From: Candidatus Nealsonbacteria bacterium RIFCSPLOWO2_01_FULL_43_32
GTDB lineage: Bacteria; Patescibacteriota; Minisyncoccia; Minisyncoccales; MHMH01
Reading direction: 5' to 3'
NCBI GenBank assembly: GCA_001819335.1
Contig: MHMH01000006.1
Coordinates: 1-60,591 of the forward strand
DNA: 60,591 nt
Shown here: positions 24,552 to 31,256 of the stretch, piece after piece
Position numbering within the stretch: position 1 is the stretch's first letter
How the letters are laid out: each line of letters opens with the position of its first letter
Program-made: the position numbers and the translations under genes
Notes under the pieces: generated by a model
What the model was told of the DNA's origin: nothing
The model's input: only the letters and a program-made list of their open reading frames with translations
The model's database searches: none

Positions 24552-25994
24552 TCAAATTATAGCACTCCTGATTATTTTTGTCAATATGGCAGGGTCAGCC
24601 TTGCCTCTGGTTTGGGCCATAGCCTGGCCGATGAGAAACTGGAGAGCGTTTTGTTTGCCGTTTTTATAGTCTTCAATTGCTTTGGGATTTTTAGCAATGA
24701 CTTCCTGAACCGCCTGCTCGATTTCTTTCTCATTAGTGATTTGAGCCAAGCCCTTTTCCCGGATGATATGGCTAGGATCAGCTCCGCTTTTCAACATCTC
24801 TTCCAGCACCACCTTGGCGATTTTTGAAGAGATATCCCCTCTTTCAATCAAGCCAATGAAGTCGGCAAAATTATCCGGAGAAATTAAAAAGTTTTTATCC
24901 TTGATTGAGCTCCCCTTCAAGAGGCCCTGCAAATCGCTGATCAAATAATTGGCGGCCAGTTTAACCAGCCTTAAAAGCTTCTCGGGCGCCAGACGGGCTG
25001 GAAACTCGCTGATGATTTTTTCAAAGTATTCGCCCAGGTCTTTATGATAAATAAGAATCTCGACATTGTTTTCTTCGATGCCGTATTCCCTGCGCAGTCG
25101 GGCTCTTCTTTTCTGCGGGAGTTCGGGCATTTCAGCTCTGATCCCGTCGACTAAAATTTTGGCGAGGTGGAGCGGAGGCAGATCGGGCTCTGGAAAATAG
25201 CGGTAATCGTGCGCCTCTTCCTTTGCCCGCTGGGAAAAGGTTATCTCTTTGACGTCGTGCCAGCCCCGGGTCTCTTGGATGACTTTTTTGCCGGCCCTGA
25301 GCAGTTTCTCCTGGCGCTCAATTTCAAAATTAACTCCCCTTTCCACCGAGCGAAAAGAATTCAGATTTTTAATCTCTACTTTAGTGCCTAATTTAGAACC
25401 CGAGGATAAAGAAATATTCACCTCAACCCTCATCTGCCCTTTTTCCATGTCAGCGTCGGACACGTCCAAATAGTGCATAATCAGATGCAGTTCTTGGGCA
25501 AAAGCCCTGGCTTCTTGGGCCGAGGCAAGATCCGGCTCGGTGACTAATTCCATTAAAGGAATGCCGGCCCGGTTGAAATCAACCAAAGAATAATCAGCGC
25601 CTTCGGGGTGGATGAGCTTGCCCGTGTCTTCCTCCAGGTGGATTTCCCTGATGCGTACCTTCTTGCCCCCTATCTCCAGATAGCCGTTCTTGCATAGCGG
25701 CCGGTAAAGCTGGCTAATCTGATAGCCTTTGGGCAGATCGGGATAAAAATAGTTTTTCCGGTCAAACTGAGAATGCTTTGAAATCTGGCAATTGAGAGCC
25801 AGCCCTGTTTTAATGACTTTTCTTAAAGCCTCCTCGTTAATGACCGGCAAGGTACCGGGCTGGGCCGTGCAAACAGGGCAGATGTTGACGTTGGGCTGTT
25901 TTTCATCTGGATCATTCAAACAAGAACAAAACATTTTGCTCTTGGTTTTCAATTCCACGTGGATTTCCAGGCCAATGGCTGGCTGATAGCTCAT
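24552..25994 (-). CDS. gatB: Asp/Glu-tRNA(Asn/Gln) amidotransferase subunit B
   Basis: MSYQPAIGLEIHVELKT...KMFC start; 480 aa; C-terminal YqeY-like tail. Confidence 0.95.
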   Translation of the reverse strand: MSYQPAIGLEIHVELKTKSKMFCSCLNDPDEKQPNVNICPVCTAQPGTLPVINEEALRKVIKTGLALNCQISKHSQFDRKNYFYPDLPKGYQISQLYRPLCKNGYLEIGGKKVRIREIHLEEDTGKLIHPEGADYSLVDFNRAGIPLMELVTEPDLASAQEARAFAQELHLIMHYLDVSDADMEKGQMRVEVNISLSSGSKLGTKVEIKNLNSFRSVERGVNFEIERQEKLLRAGKKVIQETRGWHDVKEITFSQRAKEEAHDYRYFPEPDLPPLHLAKILVDGIRAEMPELPQKRRARLRREYGIEENNVEILIYHKDLGEYFEKIISEFPARLAPEKLLRLVKLAANYLISDLQGLLKGSSIKDKNFLISPDNFADFIGLIERGDISSKIAKVVLEEMLKSGADPSHIIREKGLAQITNEKEIEQAVQEVIAKNPKAIEDYKNGKQNALQFLIGQAMAQTRGKADPAILTKIIRSAII

Positions 25995-26653
25995 TTATTT
26001 GCTTCGTTAATGATTTCCACGCCCGAGCTGGTGCCGATGATATCAGCTCCGGCTTCAACCATCATCTCCAAATCAGCCAGGGTTCTCACCCCGCCCGCAG
26101 CCTTCACCAATAAGCCGGGCGCTGACTCTTTCATAATTCTCAAGTGCTTGGCCTTCTCTGGCAGTTCTGAATGGTCCAAGGGGTCGTTAAGCGTGGCTGT
26201 TTTAACGCAAATGGCGCCCGCCTCCTTAACCATCTGGGAAGCTTTTTTGATTTCTTCGTCGGTCAGATAGCCAGAGCCGATAATCACCTTAGTGGGGGCA
26301 ACCTGGCAGACGGCTTTCAAATCCTCTAAAACATCGTCGTACCGACCGTTCTTAAAAGCATCAATTTGCATTACCACGTCAATCTCATCCGTGCCGTCTG
26401 CTTTAGCCTTTTGAGCCATTTTAATCCTTTCTTTGGTGGTGCTGGTACCGGTGGGTTCGTCTACTAATGTAATCACCTTAATACCGGTGCCTTTGAGGCA
26501 TTCTTTGACTAATTTGGTGTGCTCTGGCAAAACGCAAAGACCCCTGAAGCCGTATTTCTTGGTTTCTTCGCAAACCTCTTCCATTTTTGGGTCGCTCGCG
26601 CCTTTTTTCAAAAATGTCTGATCAATAATTTTGGCAATATCCATATTATTCAA
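25991..26653 (-). CDS. deoC: Deoxyribose-phosphate aldolase family protein
   Basis: IDQTFL start motif. Schiff-base region ICVKTAT. VKAAGGVRT near the C-terminus. Confidence 0.8.
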   Translation of the reverse strand: MNNMDIAKIIDQTFLKKGASDPKMEEVCEETKKYGFRGLCVLPEHTKLVKECLKGTGIKVITLVDEPTGTSTTKERIKMAQKAKADGTDEIDVVMQIDAFKNGRYDDVLEDLKAVCQVAPTKVIIGSGYLTDEEIKKASQMVKEAGAICVKTATLNDPLDHSELPEKAKHLRIMKESAPGLLVKAAGGVRTLADLEMMVEAGADIIGTSSGVEIINEANK

Positions 26654-26759
26654 TTTTAACAGGTTTACCTCAAAAGAAAAGAGGCCTCTTTTTAAGAAGC
26701 CTCTTTTGATTTATTATAGCGGGCGGTGCGCCGCCCGATATTATTGAGCATTCTGCTCA

Positions 26760-28208
26760 CTATAATGAATCGCTGTTTTCGCCGCCGTGGTCTTGAATGT
26801 ATTTTGAGTTATTCTTCAGGGCAAACTCTGCTTTCATCAGCTCTGAGCCCAGGTAAGCAGCATGGGGAATCTGGGAAACGTAGAAAATCAGCTGGTCTAA
26901 AAGTTCTTGAGCACCCTTTCCTTGCCACTTTAGATTAACCGGGTCAGCGGTGCTGTAAACTTTAATGAATCCGCCAGACACCTCAATCACAAAATTTCCT
27001 CTCGGATCCCAGGCACACTGAAGCTTGGGGTTATCTTTTAGAATCTTCTTGGCTTCCTCCCAGTTTCTTTCATAAATATGGGCTGAGGAGGAAATCGTAA
27101 CGATGGAACCCCGGCTCAATTTTAATCCGGGATTTTTTCGGTTCACTTCTTCGATGATTAAATCCTGCAGGCCTAAAATTCCAAAAGCATTTTCCGGCCA
27201 GGCCAGGAACATATCGTTGGAACGGATATAGACGGTCAGGAAAAGCTTGTCTTTTTGGACCAAAACCTGGAACAGGTCCAAGCACGGCGGACTTTCGCTG
27301 CCGTGATCAAGTGCGACATTCCAGGTTGAAGCCACGCCCCTTCTGGAGTAAGGAGTTTTGGCAATAAGATCGATGATTTCCTTAATTTGATCAATGCCGC
27401 CATGGTTTCTCAATCTTTTGCCATAAGTATATTCCGAACCTTCGGCTTCTTTGGGCGTCGTAATCGTCGGGATGTAGTCTTTGATCTGGTCTTTGGTTAA
27501 AGAAAGGTATCGAGGAAGGTATGGATTGCTCATATCCTCTTCCTCCACCACCGTCACCAAATCCACCAGCTCTTTCTGCCGCTCGCCGTACTGGGAGCCC
27601 TTCACATTCCCAAAAAGCATAATATTCTTCAAGATGTCAATCCAGCACTCCGCAACCTTGCTTCTTCGCACCACAAAACCCGCTCTTTCTGAAGGCAATT
27701 CCAGATTCTCCGTCTTCTGGGGCTCGGGGAAAATAAAGGTTTCGTATGGCCGGAGACCCTCTTTAAGGTTTTCGGATATAGCTTGCTGAATTTTCAAGGG
27801 ATCGTTCTCTCCTATTAAATCAACGGCTTTAACCCTGGAACGAAATAGTGCTATTTTTTCAATAGGAATTTCTTTTTCTATCCTGGCTTGTCCGGAGCCG
27901 ATGATAAAATGGTTCTCGTCCACTCCGTTATCAACAAGATTTAATAAAGCCTTGCTGCTTTTAGTTTCCTCAATCGTCCCCTCGTTGCCGCACAGAACCA
28001 ACCTGTCAAGATAGGGGTGGGCCAAGACATTTCTAATGATGGACGAAACGCCCAGGTCCCGACTGTAGAGCTGACCTACCGCTGCATAAGTGTTTTTATC
28101 CAGCCCTGCAGTTATTAATTCCTTGCGGGTCCAGTGGCAAACCACCCCGACATTGGAATTTAAGTTTCCGAGAGTCAAAAGTTCTTTGTATTTTATAGGC
28201 CAATCCAT
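26760..28208 (-). CDS. Fusion of an MtrA-like/DUF4346-like N-terminal domain with an archaeal-type thymidylate synthase (ThyA) domain
   Basis: C-terminal half: YGKRLRNHGGIDQI, SRRGVASTWNV, PPC (catalytic Cys), IRSNDMFLAWPEN, SSSAHIYERN. N-terminal half: WP...LGNLNSNVGVV...LVLCGNEG...NGVD resembles MtrA. Confidence 0.75.
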   Translation of the reverse strand: MDWPIKYKELLTLGNLNSNVGVVCHWTRKELITAGLDKNTYAAVGQLYSRDLGVSSIIRNVLAHPYLDRLVLCGNEGTIEETKSSKALLNLVDNGVDENHFIIGSGQARIEKEIPIEKIALFRSRVKAVDLIGENDPLKIQQAISENLKEGLRPYETFIFPEPQKTENLELPSERAGFVVRRSKVAECWIDILKNIMLFGNVKGSQYGERQKELVDLVTVVEEEDMSNPYLPRYLSLTKDQIKDYIPTITTPKEAEGSEYTYGKRLRNHGGIDQIKEIIDLIAKTPYSRRGVASTWNVALDHGSESPPCLDLFQVLVQKDKLFLTVYIRSNDMFLAWPENAFGILGLQDLIIEEVNRKNPGLKLSRGSIVTISSSAHIYERNWEEAKKILKDNPKLQCAWDPRGNFVIEVSGGFIKVYSTADPVNLKWQGKGAQELLDQLIFYVSQIPHAAYLGSELMKAEFALKNNSKYIQDHGGENSDSL

Positions 28209-28222
28209 AAGCTAATCCTCCT

Positions 28223-28840
28223 TTACAAATTTAATTTTAAATGAACATGTGATTTCATCTCTTCGGCAATCTCATTAATTGGTCTCTCTCCTCCAATTAT
28301 GTAAACATTTTTAATATGGTTTGGCAAGATAGCATAAGTTTGCCAAACCTTCTCCAGTTTCTGCGTTTCTTCAAAAAGAGTTTGAGCGCTGCCTCTCTTT
28401 TTAATCCTTTCCAGACAAATCTCTGGCCTGACTTTTAAAATAAATGTCAAATCTGGCACTAAAAATGCGCTGTTCAATTCCATGAGCCAGGCCAAATCCA
28501 ATCCATCGGACACGCCGTAGGCAAAAGTAGAGAAAAAATAGCGGTCGGAGATCACGATGTTATTTTGTTGCAGCACCGGAATGATTAAATTTTCCAAGTG
28601 CTCTTTTCTGTCTTGAATGAATAACTCCTGCAAATACACGGGTTCAACCAGTGTATTTTTGTCCAAAACTTGACGAATTTCTTTTCCGGCTTGAGAGTCT
28701 TTGGTCGGTTCTTTGGTTAAAATGACCTTAAACCCTTCTGAAACTAAAAAATCCTTTAAAAGATTGGCTTGCGTTGACTGGCCGGAACCGTCCAATCCCT
28801 CAAACGCAATAAATTTGCCAAGATAAGGATTTTTAATCAT
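28223..28840 (-). CDS. tmk: Thymidylate kinase
   Basis: P-loop FEGLDGSGQSTQ; 205 aa. Confidence 0.9.
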   Translation of the reverse strand: MIKNPYLGKFIAFEGLDGSGQSTQANLLKDFLVSEGFKVILTKEPTKDSQAGKEIRQVLDKNTLVEPVYLQELFIQDRKEHLENLIIPVLQQNNIVISDRYFFSTFAYGVSDGLDLAWLMELNSAFLVPDLTFILKVRPEICLERIKKRGSAQTLFEETQKLEKVWQTYAILPNHIKNVYIIGGERPINEIAEEMKSHVHLKLNL

Positions 28841-29331
28841 TGATTTTTATATTCTTCCGTCGTATTTTCTATAATGATCAGCTCTACGTTAGCATCATTA
28901 AATAATTTTACGGATAATCCATCGGCATGGTATCTTTTCTGGGCCACCACTTTTTTGACACCCACCCTGACAATTCTCATGGCGCAGTTATAACAAGGAA
29001 CCATTTTACAATAAAGCGTGGCTCCTTCAATTTTGATGCCATCCTTGGCGCATTGCAAGATGGCGTTTTCTTCGGCGTGCAAGGTTCGCACGCAGTGCTG
29101 AGACTGATTGCCCGCTTCATCGATAACCGTCCTCATCATGTGGCCGACTTCATCGCAATGCGGCTGTCCCGGAGGGGCTCCCACATAGCCCGTGGCTAAA
29201 ATAGTACGGTGCGGACTGACAATAACGGCTCCGCTACGACCCCGGCCGCAAGTGGCTCTTTTCCCGATTGGTTCTATCAGCCCCAAAAAATATTCATCCC
29301 AGTTTGGGCGTATAATTTTTTCTTCTGCCAT
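28837..29331 (-). CDS. dCMP deaminase (ComEB-type cytidine/deoxycytidylate deaminase)
   Basis: HAEENAI and PCYNCAMRI zinc motifs; 164 aa. Confidence 0.85.
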   Translation of the reverse strand: MAEEKIIRPNWDEYFLGLIEPIGKRATCGRGRSGAVIVSPHRTILATGYVGAPPGQPHCDEVGHMMRTVIDEAGNQSQHCVRTLHAEENAILQCAKDGIKIEGATLYCKMVPCYNCAMRIVRVGVKKVVAQKRYHADGLSVKLFNDANVELIIIENTTEEYKNQ

Positions 29332-29349
29332 TTTTATATAAAAATTAAA

Positions 29350-29772
29350 TTACTCAATAGTAATCCCCATATTTCTGGCTGTGCCCTCAATAATCTTCAT
29401 GGCTGCTTCGATATCCTGCGTATTCAAATCCTCCATTTTCTTTTCGGCAATCTGGCGCAGTTGGCTCCTGGAAATTTTAGCTACCTTAACCTTGTCAGGG
29501 GTGGCGGAACCCTTTTCAATGTTAAGCATTTTTTTCAAAAGCTCTGAAGCGGGCGGCTGGTGCAGTTTGAGAACATAGGTCCTGTCTTCGTAAATGGTCA
29601 CCTCGACCGGAATCTTAAAACCCTGATTGGCTTTAGTGGCTTCGTTGAACTTCTGGCAGAACTCGCCGATGTTCAAACCGTGCGGAGCCAAAGCCGGCCC
29701 CACCGGAGGGGCGGGCGTGGCTACGCCGGCCGGAATCTGCAGTTTAACGATGGCTTTTATTTTCTTTGGCAT
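29350..29772 (-). CDS. rplK: 50S ribosomal protein L11
   Basis: [26 protein letters not shown] signature. Confidence 0.95.
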   Translation of the reverse strand: MPKKIKAIVKLQIPAGVATPAPPVGPALAPHGLNIGEFCQKFNEATKANQGFKIPVEVTIYEDRTYVLKLHQPPASELLKKMLNIEKGSATPDKVKVAKISRSQLRQIAEKKMEDLNTQDIEAAMKIIEGTARNMGITIE

Positions 29773-29929
29773 AAGAATGAGAATGCTGGATTTTCCGAGA
29801 TGCGTAGGGCCCCGCGCGAGAATGCCCTATTTTATTCGCGCTTTACCCTAAAGGGCTCCGACGCGTCTCATAAAATCTGGTATTCTCTCGCGTGGGGTAA
29901 AGCACGAGGGAAAGACAGCATTCGAATAA
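29773..29929 (-). promoter_or_regulatory. 157-nt structured leader between nusG and rplK
   Basis: Nested complementary segments: GCTTTACCC/GGGTAAAGC, TAGGGC/GCCCTA, GAGAAT/ATTCTC, GAGACGCGT/ACGCATCTC. Unusually long spacer for this genome. Confidence 0.4.
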
Positions 29930-30475
29930 TTATATCTTTTTTATTTGTAATGAATCCAATTCAAGGGGGGTGTCCCGGCCGAACATGTTGACCAGTACCT
30001 TGACCTTGCCCCGCTCTTGGTCAATTTCTGAAACCTTGCCGTCGAAATCTTTAAAAGGGCCGTCAGTGATTTTAATGGCGTCACCTGCCTGAACGTCAAT
30101 CTTATATTGAGGAGTTTCTACGCCCATCTTTTTTTTCAACGTTTCAATTTCTGGAATGGAGACGGGTACGGGCGTGGTCCCAGCTCCCACAAAACCGGTC
30201 ACATTGGGGGTATTGCGGACCACGTACCAGGAATCGTCGGTCACAATCATCTCCACTAAAACATAACCGGGATAGATTTTCTCTTCAACCACTTTTCTTT
30301 TGCTGTCTTTAATTTTAATCTTTTTTTCTTTGGGCACGATGACATTGAAAATTTTATCTTCCATACCCAAAGACTCCACTCTTTGCTTGAGGGCTTTGGC
30401 GACCGCATCCTCGTAACCGGAATAAGTATGAATGACGTACCAATTTTTTTGTTGTTCTATTTGTTGCTTCGGCAT
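29930..30475 (-). CDS. nusG: Transcription termination/antitermination factor NusG
   Basis: NGN start WYVIHTYSGYE. KOW motif GDAIKITDGPFKDFDGKV. Confidence 0.95.
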   Translation of the reverse strand: MPKQQIEQQKNWYVIHTYSGYEDAVAKALKQRVESLGMEDKIFNVIVPKEKKIKIKDSKRKVVEEKIYPGYVLVEMIVTDDSWYVVRNTPNVTGFVGAGTTPVPVSIPEIETLKKKMGVETPQYKIDVQAGDAIKITDGPFKDFDGKVSEIDQERGKVKVLVNMFGRDTPLELDSLQIKKI

Positions 30476-30480
30476 GGTTT

Positions 30481-30666
30481 TTATAAAATAAATTTTTCCA
30501 ATAAAGTAGTAAAGAGAAAGTCCAAACTACCCAAAAATAAAGCCACCGTAACCGAAATACCCAGCACGATCAAGGTGTATTTAACGGTTTGGTGCCTGTC
30601 CGGCCAGTTGACTTTTTTTATCTCTAATTGAACTTCTTTTAAAAAGGTAGTAATTTTGTCAAACAT
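30481..30666 (-). CDS. secE: Preprotein translocase subunit SecE
   Basis: 61 aa. E..KV.WP motif plus a single TM helix. Directly upstream of nusG. Confidence 0.85.
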   Translation of the reverse strand: MFDKITTFLKEVQLEIKKVNWPDRHQTVKYTLIVLGISVTVALFLGSLDFLFTTLLEKFIL

Positions 30667-30738
30667 GGGTTTTTAAAAGCGCCCGAGGCGCTCTGTTTTT
30701 ATCTTAACAAAGCAAGCGCCCTGAGTCAACACCCCGGC

Positions 30739-31182
30739 TCAACCGGCCAGCTCAACAGAATCAATGTAGTATTGGCCGAGGATTTTCGTCAGGATAATGA
30801 CTTCAACAAAATCGTTGGCATCTTCTTCAACTACTTTGACGATAAAACGATAATTGCCATCAGCCAGTTTTTCGCTTTTGATAATTTCATAATTTTCAAA
30901 ACTGTCTATCAAGACAAACTTACTCTGGAGCTTCTCTTCTGTGGCTCTTTCCGTCAAAAGGCCTTCGGCCCTTTTTTCGTTCTTATCAACGCGGTATCCC
31001 ATGAACCTGTCTAAAACAGCTTCGGCTGATTTTTGCTCCAGCTTCTGCTCAAGGGCCGGAATCTTTTCTTGCTCTATTTTGCGGTACTGCCAGCCCAAAA
31101 GACCGATGCCCAAGAAAGCAATCAAAATCGCCAGCACCATGGCTCTGAAAACTCCTTTTTTATCAAGATTTTCTTCTGCCAT
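30739..31182 (-). CDS. Hypothetical membrane-anchored protein
   Basis: 147 aa with one N-terminal TM helix. No family recognised. Confidence 0.5.
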   Translation of the reverse strand: MAEENLDKKGVFRAMVLAILIAFLGIGLLGWQYRKIEQEKIPALEQKLEQKSAEAVLDRFMGYRVDKNEKRAEGLLTERATEEKLQSKFVLIDSFENYEIIKSEKLADGNYRFIVKVVEEDANDFVEVIILTKILGQYYIDSVELAG

Positions 31183-31186
31183 TTGA

Positions 31187-31222
31187 TTAAATATCTAAAT
31201 TTTTGACTTTTTTTGCATAAAC
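31187..31222 (-). other. Ghost copy of the last 10 codons of gyrB
   Basis: Minus-sense translation VYAKKVKNLDI-stop. The real gyrB ends HAKKVKNLDI-stop at 31257-31289. 25/30 nt identical, and the differences are synonymous. Confidence 0.7.
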
Positions 31223-31256
31223 TCAAGGAGCTAAGCTCCTTTCGACATGCAAAAAT

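Noticed and set aside
24432-24827. A 131-aa + strand ORF in the miaA/gatB spacer.
   Set aside because: Two thirds of it overlaps the gatB 3' end antisense. It needs a non-ATG start and lacks an SD. The minus-strand 50-codon ORF with AAAGGAGG is the better candidate.
29560-29991. A 143-aa + strand ORF spanning rplK, the leader and the nusG end.
   Set aside because: It is antisense to two conserved genes and crosses a structured spacer; a shadow ORF.
30678-30692. The hairpin AGCGCC-CGA-GGCGCT as the terminator of gene 30739..31182.
   Set aside because: The U-tract is better on the + strand, where no gene ends, and weak (UUUAAAA) on the minus strand. The strand and function are ambiguous, so it is not listed as a feature.
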